A stretch of DNA of 63,953 nucleotides, filler included, from an uncultured Methanosarcinales archaeon (GCA_964472345.1; 4 parts of 4 records of this genome joined end to end with filler, not necessarily neighbours in it); one strand, 5' to 3'. Numbered from the whole stretch's first letter, positions 36,931 to 46,269 are shown. Numbers and translations are program-made. The notes: a model not told the origin generated them from the sequence alone.

Positions 36931-38091
36931 TTATTCCAAAGATTGTTTAGATGCCAAATACTCCAGAAAAAGCGTGTGAAATATCCTATATCTTCCCCTG
37001 TCTGGTTTATCTAATACACCTTTTCTTAATAATTCTTTGATGTAGGGCGAGACGTAATTGCTTGGCATCTTTAACCATTCAACAGCATCTTTAAATGAAA
37101 ATTCTAATGTTTTTGCATTTTTCGCAATCGCAATTATTATTTCTCTGGCTTTGGGGGTTAATGGATGAAACATCGGGGAAAAGAAATCTTGCCCTAATCG
37201 ATAATCAATTTTCTCTTTCGCCCTGAATATGACCTCTTTCGTTATGCGTGCTTCAGCTTCATTCAAAGAATCAAACAGCAAGTAAGAGATTGAAACAAGA
37301 ACATAGGGGTGTCCTTCACTTTTGTCTAATAAGTAGGTTATTGCATCTTCATCTATTGTTACGCTTTGACTCGCAAGTTTTTTTATAATATAACTTCTCA
37401 TCGCATCACGACTTAAAGGAGTCAGTCTCTGGCAAGGAAAAAATCTGTTTAACGGGGAAAAAGATTCGGACATTCTTTCAGTAAAATTAAATTTTCCCGC
37501 TAAAATTACAGAATATTTTGTTTCACTTTCTATGCGCTGGAATACTTCCCTCATAAAGGTTAATATGTCCCCTTTGATTTTTTCAAAAGAATCTGCTTCA
37601 TCAATCAGTAATACGCAACAGGTAAATTCTCCCTGCATTTCTTCCCATAGTTTTATCAGCCGTTGTCTGAATAACTCTTGAACAACTTGGTTTTTTTCTA
37701 TGGATAAACTCACATCATTCCATTCTATAGTTGGTTTTAGAGTTGCCACCCATTGTTGCAATTTATTAAAGGCGTCGCCAAATGGTCTTCTACTCAATAG
37801 TTCTCTTTTTATATTTGAAGAGATATAATCGCAGAATTCTGGTATGTTTGAAATGTTGCCCTCATAATTTGACATTCTTAAAACAAGGGCTCCTTGTGCT
37901 TTTGCAATCTGCTCGAATTTCACAAGCAGGGATGTTTTCCCCATTCCCCTATTCCCCGTAATGACTAGATTCATCGGTGAGCCGTTCCTTGTTTGAATTA
38001 AGACCTTTTCAAACTCTGTTATCTCTGGTTCTCTTCCTACAAAAAAATCAGGTCTTGCTGGTTGGGAAGGATTAAATGGGTTGAACCTCAT
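36931..38091 (-). CDS. AAA-type ATPase with C-terminal wHTH (archaeal ATPase/STAND-like)
   Basis: FVGRE.E, GNRGMGKT, LLIDEAD, SEGHPY; AT-rich. Confidence 0.85.
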   Translation of the reverse strand: MRFNPFNPSQPARPDFFVGREPEITEFEKVLIQTRNGSPMNLVITGNRGMGKTSLLVKFEQIAKAQGALVLRMSNYEGNISNIPEFCDYISSNIKRELLSRRPFGDAFNKLQQWVATLKPTIEWNDVSLSIEKNQVVQELFRQRLIKLWEEMQGEFTCCVLLIDEADSFEKIKGDILTFMREVFQRIESETKYSVILAGKFNFTERMSESFSPLNRFFPCQRLTPLSRDAMRSYIIKKLASQSVTIDEDAITYLLDKSEGHPYVLVSISYLLFDSLNEAEARITKEVIFRAKEKIDYRLGQDFFSPMFHPLTPKAREIIIAIAKNAKTLEFSFKDAVEWLKMPSNYVSPYIKELLRKGVLDKPDRGRYRIFHTLFLEYLASKQSLE

Positions 38092-38346
38092 AGGAAAGTA
38101 AAAAGTATATTTGATATATAAATATTTGCATATTCTTCTAACTTAAACCTTTTTATAAAAAGATAAAATGTATGGTTAGTATAGAAATATTTATATACTT
38201 TGCATATTTTTTATCTCTTCGTGAGAAGATGGATAAAAAAGCAATCCGAAGCGAGGGAGCAGTGGACTAGGTCGCTGCAATCCCCACAAGCGACAGAAGG
38301 TGAGAAAAAAGCTAAAAGTCCCACAGAACAGAAAGCGCCTGCAATC

Positions 38347-38559
38347 GGCGTTATTGAAAAGTCCTCGCTCGCGCTCGGTCAGCGCCTTCAAAATGCCCTA
38401 TGTGCTTACCGCGAGTGCTGCGTTCCCGTATGGGGTGCGGAGCAATCCGCGATTGCTGGCACACCGCTCGCTCCGCTCGGGTGCATCCCCTCGCGACGCA
38501 CCCGATGGAGCACTGCAAGGCATTTTGACCTGCTGGCGCTTGAACTTTTCAATAACGCC
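38347..38559. mobile_element. MITE D, 213 bp
   Basis: 16-bp TIR GGCGTTATTGAAAAGT; flanks CTGCAATC/CCGCAATC; inner nested IRs; 68 bp shared with element A. Confidence 0.85.
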
Positions 38560-38563
38560 CCGC

Positions 38564-38636
38564 AATCGAAGCGTTTAAATAAGCAAGGAGTGTGCCTGCC
38601 ATTATGGCTGAGATGAGCGAGGAGCAGCGCCGTGCG
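38564..38636 (+). repeat. 73-bp direct repeat copy 1 (promoter + first 11 codons of HIT gene)
   Basis: 72/73 identical to 39425-39497. Confidence 0.93.
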
Positions 38637-38663
38637 GGAGCTCCCGCAGCAACTGGAGGGCGC

Positions 38664-39356
38664 ATGAAACTCGGCGGAAAGCGTGCACTGGTCACCGGCG
38701 GCGCAAGCGGCATCGGGAAGGCCATCGCGCAGCTCTTTGCGAAGGAGGGGGCGGCCGTAACGGTTTTTGACATCAACAAGCCTGCTTTTTCTGTCCGATT
38801 CGTGCGGGTTGACCTCCGCGACGAGCGGCAGATCGCCCATGCGGTGGCGGCCATCAGGAAGCTTGACATACTCGTGAACAACGCAGGCGTCTACTTTCGT
38901 ACGCCGGTGGAGGAAACCGCGACGCAGCAGCTCGACGACGTCTTCGCCGTGAATTTCCGTGCAGCCTACCTGCTGTCCCGGCACGCGCTTCCGCTGCTCA
39001 GGAAAAGCAAGGGGACCATCATCAACATCGCGTCGGAGCTCGCAATCGTGCCGGAGGCGGAGTCGGCAGCCTACTGCTCGTCAAAGGCTGCGCTGCTCAT
39101 GCTGACACGGTGCCTGGCGAAGGCATACGCCGGCATGGTGCGCGTGAATGCCATCCTCCCTGGCCCGGTGGACACGCCGATGCTGCGGAACGCATTCGCT
39201 TCGCGTGAGGAGATGGAGAACTACCTGCAGCAGAACCCGATGAAACGCGCTGCGAAGCCGGAGGAAGTGGCTAAGCTCGCGCTCTTTCTTGCATCCGGCG
39301 ACGCTGCCTACATCACGGGCGGGCAGTATGCTATTGACGGGGGAGAGTCGCTGTAG
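38664..39356 (+). CDS. Short-chain dehydrogenase/reductase
   Basis: TGGASGIG, NNAG, YCSSK; alternative in-frame start 38604. Confidence 0.93.
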   Translation: MKLGGKRALVTGGASGIGKAIAQLFAKEGAAVTVFDINKPAFSVRFVRVDLRDERQIAHAVAAIRKLDILVNNAGVYFRTPVEETATQQLDDVFAVNFRAAYLLSRHALPLLRKSKGTIINIASELAIVPEAESAAYCSSKAALLMLTRCLAKAYAGMVRVNAILPGPVDTPMLRNAFASREEMENYLQQNPMKRAAKPEEVAKLALFLASGDAAYITGGQYAIDGGESL

Positions 39357-39424
39357 AGGCATCCGTTGCGCGGTTCGCCTGGCGCCAGCTGCTGGTGCAC
39401 CTCGCAGAACCACGCCGCCGATGA

Positions 39425-39497
39425 AATCGAAGCGTTTAAATAAGCAAGGAGTGTGTCTGCCATTATGGCTGAGATGAGCGAGGAGCAGCGCCGTGCG
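39425..39497 (+). repeat. 73-bp direct repeat copy 2
   Basis: See 38564-38636. Confidence 0.93.
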
Positions 39498-40211
39498 CTC
39501 ATGGAGAAGCTCAAGGGAATGAATCCCGAGGAGCTGCGGGAGTTCCAGAAGAAGCAGTGCATTTTCTGCCAGATTGTCGCGGGCAAGATGCAGGCCAAGA
39601 AGCTCTATGAGGACGAGCGCAGCATCGCGATCCTTGATATCAACCCCGCGGCGCTCGGCCATGTGCTGCTGCTGCCCAAGGAGCATTATGCCATCATGCC
39701 GCAGGTGCCGGAGCAGGACATCGGCCATCTCGGCATCGTCGCGAAGCACCTGTCGCGCGTGCTGCTCAAGGCGCTCAAAGCGCAGGGAACGACGGTGTTC
39801 ATCGCAAACGGCCTTGCCGCCGGGCAGCGGGCGCAGCACCTGATGATCCATATCATCCCTCGGACAGAGAATGACCAGCTCGGCATCACCGTGCCGCAGC
39901 GGCAGATGGATGACAATCAGCTCGCGCAGCTTCAGGAAGCGCTGCTCGCCCAGGTCAACAAGCTCTTTGGCATCAGGAAAGAGATGGTGAAGGAGAAGCA
40001 GCCGGCGGCTGGCGTCGGGGAGCAGCCGGGAGCGGCAGGCGGGCAGCAGGAGCGGCCGGAGAGCGCCGCAGGGCAGCAGCACACAGGCAGGCCTGCCAGG
40101 ACAGGGCGAAAAGCGCCTGCAAAGGAAAAGAAGCGGCTTGCGGAGGAGCGCGAGAAGCGGAAGAAGCCGGCCGACGTGAGCCTGGACGACATTGCGGGGC
40201 TGTTCTCATGA
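39465..40211 (+). CDS. HIT family protein (degenerate triad)
   Basis: CIFCQI, DINP...GHVLLLPKEH, AGQ..QHLMIHIIPR. Confidence 0.88.
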   Translation: MAEMSEEQRRALMEKLKGMNPEELREFQKKQCIFCQIVAGKMQAKKLYEDERSIAILDINPAALGHVLLLPKEHYAIMPQVPEQDIGHLGIVAKHLSRVLLKALKAQGTTVFIANGLAAGQRAQHLMIHIIPRTENDQLGITVPQRQMDDNQLAQLQEALLAQVNKLFGIRKEMVKEKQPAAGVGEQPGAAGGQQERPESAAGQQHTGRPARTGRKAPAKEKKRLAEEREKRKKPADVSLDDIAGLFS

Positions 40212-40750
40212 GCAGCTGCGAGTTCTGCGGGATAGCCGCCGGCACGCTTGAGGGTGATGAGCTGTATCACGATGACAAGCTCCTTGCGGTCCTCCATCGC
40301 AAGCCTGCAGCTCCCGGGCACATCCTCCTCTTCACGCTCGGGCATTTTCCCATCATGGAGCAGGTCCCTGATCCGGTCATTGCGCATGCGTTCGTCGTTG
40401 CGAACAAGCTGAGCATTGCGCTGTTCGAGACGCTCAACGCGCAGGGCAGCAATGTGATCATCGAGAATGGAATCCCTGCCGGCCAGACGATCCCGCATTT
40501 CGCGCTGCACATCATACCCCGCGCCGAGCAGGATGGCCTGCGGCTGGAATGGCAGCCGAAGAAGTACAGCGACGATGAGATGGACATCGCGCTCGCGCAG
40601 GTCAAGGAGCAGGCGGAAGGCATCAGCCCCGGCGCGTTCGAGACGGAACGGAAAGAGGTCGTGCTCGCTGAGCCGGAGCCGCCGGAAGAGAAACCGCCGC
40701 AGAAGAAAGGCCGCGATTACCGGCTTCGGCAGCTGAGGAGAATACCTTAG
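40208..40750 (+). CDS. HIT family protein (degenerate triad)
   Basis: CEFC, PGHILL, AGQTIPHFALHIIPR. Confidence 0.88.
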   Translation: MSSCEFCGIAAGTLEGDELYHDDKLLAVLHRKPAAPGHILLFTLGHFPIMEQVPDPVIAHAFVVANKLSIALFETLNAQGSNVIIENGIPAGQTIPHFALHIIPRAEQDGLRLEWQPKKYSDDEMDIALAQVKEQAEGISPGAFETERKEVVLAEPEPPEEKPPQKKGRDYRLRQLRRIP

Positions 40751-42362
40751 AGCCTGCCCACGTGGCGTTTAGCAGCCTAAGGTCGAACGCCTGCGATTAA
40801 AATAATTCTAATTGAGTCCGATATATATCTGATAAAAACATAATTGACGGTTTGATATCTCCATCTTTGGACTGCCTCAAAGCGTTATAATATTTATGCT
40901 TCTCATCATTATAGATGATTACCGGAAAAAAAGCATGCTTAATCAATATAAAATTTAAGAGCAATCTCGAGACTCTGCCGTTGCCATCAGAGAAAGGGTG
41001 AATATACACAAATTGATTATGAAAAATGCCTGCTAGTACAAAAGGGTGTAGTTTCTTCTCATTCTCCGAATACCATTTTATAAGATCTTTTAGCCTCTCA
41101 TCTACAAATTGCATTGGCGTTGTAGTATCCACGAGCGTGCCATTAGAATCTATAATACAATTTTCCTCTAGTTTGTAACTACCGGCATTCTCATCAATTC
41201 CTTGTTGGGTTATCAAGTGAAGCTGCTTGATGAACTCTAAAGTAAGTTCATGAGCCGTATCAAAGATATTTTCAACAGCTTTTTTCGAGTTCTCTGTTTC
41301 CAATATATCTTTTTTTTCCTTTTTTATCCCTTCCCACCCTTTCGTAAGTCCAGTAGTTACTTCTTCAAAAGTAAGAGCATTTCCTTCTATCTTATCTGTG
41401 TTGTAGACATATTTTATTTTCCATTCATTTATTTTTTTAGTTATTTCAAATGGATTAGTAAATCTCTTTAGCTTTTCTTTGGTTAAGATATCCAGAATAG
41501 CGGTTTCGGTCGATTCAATATTCTTTAGTTTATTTAAGATAAAATCTTTCCCTTCAAGATAATATTGCATATTCAGCTTTGCTAGTTCCTGCTGTTTGTC
41601 ATCGAAAAGATTTGCCTGTTTCCCAGTAAAAGCGGAATATGATTTAATAATATAATTTTTGAATGCATCTTCATCAAACTTAAGTTTGATATCAAAAAAC
41701 TCCAGTAATTTTTTTACCGGTTCTTCCCAAGAACGAATGAAATAAACGTCGCTGTTGCCTTCTCTTGTTGCGTGGATAATCCTTGTTTTTCTAGCAATAT
41801 CTCTGATTTTTTTTAGATTATGCTGCGGGAGTTGAGAGGCTTTCAGCAATGGGTTGGTGCTAAATCTTTCTAATATTCGCTGGGTATGGATGCTGAACAG
41901 GATATCTGCATTACTACCAAACAAATTCAACAGAAATTTTATGATTTTTACTTTTCCATTGTTCTCGTTTAATTTGTATGTCCCTCGGCTCTCTTTAGCC
42001 AGAAAATTTTTTTCTTCTAGTTTTCTTAAGTAAGGGTAAACCCCTTCTCTAAACTTTAGGTTTAGAAGCGCAGCTAACTCATCTGGGCTAAAAACCAGTT
42101 TATTAATTCTGCATATTTTTATTAATAATTGTATTTCTTTATTCATATCTTATGTTAAAAAGTATTAACTATTTATAAATGTTTGTATTATCTATTAGTA
42201 AATTAATACTTTAATTAATACGGTAGCCCGGATTAAACAGCAAGGGCGGCGCGGGGGGGTTGCCGATCGAAGCGGGCGCAACGAGAGAACGGAGCGAAGC
42301 GGAGTGACCATACAGCCCCATCAGCGATTCCCTCATGAATTTCGAATGTGCTAAACAAATAC
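40750..42362. mobile_element. Element B: hybrid MITE carrying a Fic gene
   Basis: Left arm matches A (30 bp identical); right arm 42231-42362 matches the rest of A and ends in the C-type TIR; GATTAAA at both cargo junctions. Confidence 0.75.
40797..42146 (-). CDS. Fic family protein with N-terminal wHTH
   Basis: HPFSDGNGRVSR canonical Fic motif; TDKIEGN; AT-rich. Confidence 0.92.
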   Translation of the reverse strand: MNKEIQLLIKICRINKLVFSPDELAALLNLKFREGVYPYLRKLEEKNFLAKESRGTYKLNENNGKVKIIKFLLNLFGSNADILFSIHTQRILERFSTNPLLKASQLPQHNLKKIRDIARKTRIIHATREGNSDVYFIRSWEEPVKKLLEFFDIKLKFDEDAFKNYIIKSYSAFTGKQANLFDDKQQELAKLNMQYYLEGKDFILNKLKNIESTETAILDILTKEKLKRFTNPFEITKKINEWKIKYVYNTDKIEGNALTFEEVTTGLTKGWEGIKKEKKDILETENSKKAVENIFDTAHELTLEFIKQLHLITQQGIDENAGSYKLEENCIIDSNGTLVDTTTPMQFVDERLKDLIKWYSENEKKLHPFVLAGIFHNQFVYIHPFSDGNGRVSRLLLNFILIKHAFFPVIIYNDEKHKYYNALRQSKDGDIKPSIMFLSDIYRTQLELF

Positions 42363-42394
42363 CCTTAATCCACCTTGGCCGGGCCTCCCGCGGA

Positions 42395-43249
42395 TTATAT
42401 CCCGCCGTATCCTGTCAGTATCAGCGCCGCCAGCGCAATCAGGAAGCTCGGCACGAAGGGGATGCCGTTCCGGAGCACGACGCGGGAGAGCTTCTTCTGC
42501 CGGTAGAGCCTCTTGAGCAGGGCGATCTGCTCCCTGCTCAGCCCCGGCTCGCTGGCGCGCGCGACGCGCTTTCCCTTTACGACAACATCCTCCGCGAGCC
42601 AGTCGCCTTCCGTCAGCTGCGCCGGCCGCACGGCCTTGCGCAGCGCCGCATCCTCGACCGATCTCACCAGTCCGAGCAGGTAGAAGAGCGCGACGGGCAT
42701 GATGACCAGCAGCAGGAGCAGGAGCCGCAGCGATGCGTCGCTGGTGAGCAGGAGCGCGAGCAGGAGCACGCCGCTGGCGATGAAGGTGGCGTTCCTGATC
42801 GCCTGGGCGCGCCTGGTGAAGGCGCCAAAATGGTTCGCGACGCCGCGTGCGTTTCTCACGGCAAGCACGAGCAGCCAGCAGAGGCCGTACGCGGCGCCTG
42901 CGAGCATGAGGAGGGCGAAGAACACGGCAAGCGGCGGCGGGGGAAAGAGCCTGAAGTCCAGGCCGATGGCTGCCCCGAGGCCCATGAGCAGCTTGCTGTC
43001 GCCGCCCCCCCACTGGTGCGTGTAATACATAAGGTAGGCGATGGCCACGAAGACGGCGAAGCCCGCAAGGCCGCGCAGCAGGATGCTCCCGTCGGGTTCT
43101 CCGAGCGAGAAGAGCGCACGGATGCCCAGCGCCGAGAAGATGAGCCCGTAGCTGAGCCAGTCAGGGACTTCGCGGGTTTTAAGGTCGGTGTAGGAGGCGG
43201 CGAGCAGGGCGGCAAGGGCGACGCCATACAGTACGAGCTCGAGCAGCAT
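42395..43249 (-). CDS. Prepilin peptidase (A24)
   Basis: TDLKTREVPD, GGGDSKLL, IPFVP. Confidence 0.9.
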   Translation of the reverse strand: MLLELVLYGVALAALLAASYTDLKTREVPDWLSYGLIFSALGIRALFSLGEPDGSILLRGLAGFAVFVAIAYLMYYTHQWGGGDSKLLMGLGAAIGLDFRLFPPPPLAVFFALLMLAGAAYGLCWLLVLAVRNARGVANHFGAFTRRAQAIRNATFIASGVLLLALLLTSDASLRLLLLLLVIMPVALFYLLGLVRSVEDAALRKAVRPAQLTEGDWLAEDVVVKGKRVARASEPGLSREQIALLKRLYRQKKLSRVVLRNGIPFVPSFLIALAALILTGYGGI

Positions 43250-43319
43250 GCAGCAGGCAATGAGAATGCTGATTATAAATGTTTATGCTGCACGACGGAG
43301 AGTTTTTGGCGGGCTACCA

Positions 43320-43766
43320 TTATTTCAGCAGAGCATCAACAAGCATGTCAAGAGTCCTACGAAAGGCATTCGTTGCGGGGCGGGGAAACGGGGGGAGCGA
43401 GCCGTCCCTGCGCAGGCGGTTGATGCGGTGATCAGGCCCGAGGCGGCGGACACGGGCAATATCAATATGATGGTATTCAATCGTGTACACACTATTCATT
43501 GTTTTGATCGTGAGGGTTGCGGGTTCGCCCGGCTCCAATCTCACCTCAGTTATGGGGGATGTTTGCAACACGTCAACAGCTTCTTCAACCTTATTATCAT
43601 CCCCGTCTTTTGTGGAGGAAAACAAGAGGAAATCATTGGCAGCTGCGAACGGCTGGCCCCTTCTGACAACGTACGCGACACTTAGCAAGAGTGATGTTTC
43701 TGCGGCATACACTGCCGAGAGTTCGCCATTCCTGTAGTACCGGATTTCCTGTCCTTCCTGAAGCAT
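43320..43766 (-). CDS. Hypothetical protein
   Basis: 148-aa ORF filling the gap between genes. Confidence 0.55.
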   Translation of the reverse strand: MLQEGQEIRYYRNGELSAVYAAETSLLLSVAYVVRRGQPFAAANDFLLFSSTKDGDDNKVEEAVDVLQTSPITEVRLEPGEPATLTIKTMNSVYTIEYHHIDIARVRRLGPDHRINRLRRDGSLPPFPRPATNAFRRTLDMLVDALLK

Positions 43767-43866
43767 GATAGCTCACTTGTTAACAACAACGAAGTAGTAA
43801 CAAGTATATAAAATTTTCGCCCCGGCGCCCCAAACATTTATTAACCATTTTACTATTCCAAAGTGG

Positions 43867-44589
43867 ATGTTCTTTAAAAAGAAGAAGCCTGAGCCGGAGA
43901 TGCAGGAGCCAAAAAGGGCATGGCCGCTGCCGAAGCATGTGGCGCTCGACCTCGAAGGTGTTGCGAAGTGGGCTGAAGAGCAGCACGTCACCCTTGATGA
44001 AGCGTACCTCAAGAGCTTCGCGCTGGTGCAGGAGCTGGTGCAGCAGCAGGTAGCGATGAACATCCCGGTCATGACATTCTTCGTCCTGTCGGCAGGATTG
44101 CGCGGCACGGCGCAGGCGACCGCCCTGCTCGGGCAGTTCGCGGCATTCGCCAAGGAGCCTGCGCTCAGAGGGCTGCTGCGGCAGCACAAAGTCAAGGTGA
44201 CGTTCCTCGGCAAGTGGTACGACCTGCCGCAGGCGGCCGTCGAGGCGATCCGCGTGATGAGCGAGGAGACGAAGGATTATGACAGCTTTTTCCTGAACCT
44301 CTGCATGAACTACGACGGGCAGGAAGAGATCGTTGACGCGTGCAGGCTGCTTGGCAGGCAGATCAGGATAGGGAAGCTTGATCCGGATCTCGTGAGCAAG
44401 GAGCTGCTCAAGGAGAATCTAGCTTCGTCATATTTCATCCCGCCGGACGTGATCCTCCGCAACGGCAGGGAATCCATCCTCAGCTCGCTGCTGCTCTGGG
44501 ACAGCGCCGGCGCGCGTTTTGTCGTGAGCAAGAGCAACTTCCCGGAGCTGACGGTGGAGCGGTTTGTGCAGCTGCTGAACGGGGGGTAA
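43867..44589 (+). CDS. cis-prenyltransferase (UppS) family protein, degenerate
   Basis: PKHVAL, NYDGQEEIVDA, PDVILR; catalytic motifs altered. Confidence 0.8.
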   Translation: MFFKKKKPEPEMQEPKRAWPLPKHVALDLEGVAKWAEEQHVTLDEAYLKSFALVQELVQQQVAMNIPVMTFFVLSAGLRGTAQATALLGQFAAFAKEPALRGLLRQHKVKVTFLGKWYDLPQAAVEAIRVMSEETKDYDSFFLNLCMNYDGQEEIVDACRLLGRQIRIGKLDPDLVSKELLKENLASSYFIPPDVILRNGRESILSSLLLWDSAGARFVVSKSNFPELTVERFVQLLNGG

Positions 44590-44678
44590 GCCTTTTGCCG
44601 TCCAATGCGGGGTTCACTCCGCTTGGCGCCGCTTGGGAATCGAAGCGTTTATAAATGAGTGGGAAGCTCTCGCCGCTT

Positions 44679-45221
44679 ATGGTCAATGCGCTGGAAGTCG
44701 ATGCCACGGAGCTCATCGAGCGGGCGGCGAAGCTGCTTGAGGAGCACCAGCCCGTGAAGCCGCCGGCCTGGGCAGGATTCGCCAAAACCGGGCGGCATAA
44801 GGAGCGGCCGCCGGCGCATGACGGCTGGTGGCATATCCGCGCCGCTGCCGTGCTGCGGAGCGCCTACAAGCTTGGTCCCATCGGCACGAGCAAGCTGCGC
44901 ACCAAGTACGGCGGACGCAAGAGCCGCGGCTACAAGCCTGAGCATTTCTACAAAGGCAGCGGAGCCGTCATCAGGAAGGTGCTGCAGCAGCTTGAGCAGG
45001 CAGGGTTATTGCTCACGGTCACCAAGGGGGTCCACAAGGGCAGGAAAATCACTGATAAGGGCAAGTCTCTGCTCGACAAGATCGCAGCACAGATGATCAA
45101 GGAGGGGCCGCGCCAGCGCAGCCGGGCGATTGAGCTCGTGACAGTGAAGGCGGAGCCTGCCGCGCCGGGCGGGAACCCTGAACTCTCGCCCAAAGGAGAG
45201 CGGATCCGGAAAAAGCAATGA
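44679..45221 (+). CDS. rps19e: 30S ribosomal protein S19e
   Basis: PPAWA.FAKTG.HKERPP..WW.IRAA. Confidence 0.96.
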   Translation: MVNALEVDATELIERAAKLLEEHQPVKPPAWAGFAKTGRHKERPPAHDGWWHIRAAAVLRSAYKLGPIGTSKLRTKYGGRKSRGYKPEHFYKGSGAVIRKVLQQLEQAGLLLTVTKGVHKGRKITDKGKSLLDKIAAQMIKEGPRQRSRAIELVTVKAEPAAPGGNPELSPKGERIRKKQ

Positions 45222-45523
45222 GCCCGCTCGACGAGGCGCGGTGGCGGAAGCTCGAGGAGCTGCAGTCGCAGGCGCAGCACCAGCAGGAAGCGCAGCAGCA
45301 GCTCGCACAGGCTGAGCAGGCGATCAAGCAGCTCTTCTCGAAAGAGGCGCTTGCGCGCTACGGGAACATAAGGGCAGCGCAGCCGCAGCTCGCGGCGCAG
45401 CTGATAGTTGTCCTGGCGCAGCTGCTCCAGCAGGGGCGTGTGCAGCAGGTCGATGATGCGCTGCTGCGGAAGATCCTTGAGCAGCTTGGCAAAAAGCGCG
45501 AGATGAGGATCATCAGAAGATAA
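45218..45523 (+). CDS. PDCD5-like DNA-binding protein
   Basis: EALARYGNI...L.KIL; conserved position between S19e and L39e. Confidence 0.88.
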   Translation: MSPLDEARWRKLEELQSQAQHQQEAQQQLAQAEQAIKQLFSKEALARYGNIRAAQPQLAAQLIVVLAQLLQQGRVQQVDDALLRKILEQLGKKREMRIIRR

Positions 45524-45525
45524 CC

Positions 45526-45699
45526 ATGGCACGGTACAAGCATCCGGCACGGAAGAAGCGGCTTGCGAAGCGCAACAAGCAGACGCGCTGGGCTCCGTTC
45601 TGGACCGTGCCCAAGAAGTACGGCAAGACGCGGCGCGTGCATCCCGGACGGCATACCGCCGTGAAAAGAAGCTGGCGAAGGACGAAGACGAAGGCGTGA
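45526..45699 (+). CDS. rpl39e: 50S ribosomal protein L39e
   Basis: Read by hand: MARYKHPARKKRLAKRNKQTRWAPFW...KRSWRRTKTKA. Confidence 0.9.
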   Translation: MARYKHPARKKRLAKRNKQTRWAPFWTVPKKYGKTRRVHPGRHTAVKRSWRRTKTKA

Positions 45700-45705
45700 T
45701 GATGT

Positions 45706-46269
45706 ATGGTGAAACTTGAGCGCGTTTACAATGTCCCGCTGCGAAGGGAGTGGCTGAAGGCGCCCCCCTACAAGCGCGCCAAGAAAGCGGTTGCTGCAGT
45801 GCGCCAGTTTCTCATGCGCCATATGAAGGGCGAGCAGGTCAAGCTCGGCAGCCACCTGAACGAGGCGATCTGGGAGCGCGGCATCAAGAAGCCGCCGCAC
45901 CATGTGAAGGTGACGGCCATCAAAGACGATGACGGTGTTGTCCGCGCTGAGCTTTTTGGCTTTGCGCTCGAGGCTCCGAAGAAGGAGGAGAAGAAAGGCG
46001 CGCTCGAAGGGCTGAAGGAGAAGCTGATCGGCGGCAGGCAGAAGAAGCCGGCAAAGGAAGCGAAAGCAACGGAAGCGAAAGCTCCTGCCGCTGCGAAGGG
46101 CAAGGAGCCTGCCTCTCCGGGAACTCTCGAAGAGGCGGCGGAGAAGGCATCGGCAATTGCTCCCCCTCCTGCAGGAAGCGCCAGTCTGGGTGAGGCGGCG
46201 CCAAAGCGGCGGAAGGGCGAAAAAAAGCCGTCAGCGGCAAAAGGAGTGAAAGGCGCGGATGAGGCTTGA
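45706..46269 (+). CDS. rpl31e: 50S ribosomal protein L31e with low-complexity C-terminal extension
   Basis: ERVYNVPLR, RAKKAV, LNEAIWERGI. Confidence 0.95.
   Translation: MVKLERVYNVPLRREWLKAPPYKRAKKAVAAVRQFLMRHMKGEQVKLGSHLNEAIWERGIKKPPHHVKVTAIKDDDGVVRAELFGFALEAPKKEEKKGALEGLKEKLIGGRQKKPAKEAKATEAKAPAAAKGKEPASPGTLEEAAEKASAIAPPPAGSASLGEAAPKRRKGEKKPSAAKGVKGADEA

Noticed and set aside
20027..38169. ~22-bp AT-rich match ACCTTTTTATAAAAA(G)ATAAAAT at 20027 and 38147
   Set aside because: Low complexity, on different contigs; likely terminator/promoter composition
44638..44651. AATCGAAGCGTTTA also found in the 73-bp HIT repeat
   Set aside because: Explained by shared BRE-TATA promoter consensus
45960..46269. 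Long K/A/E-rich tails on L31e and S19e
   Set aside because: Low-complexity ribosomal protein extensions are common and show no separate domain
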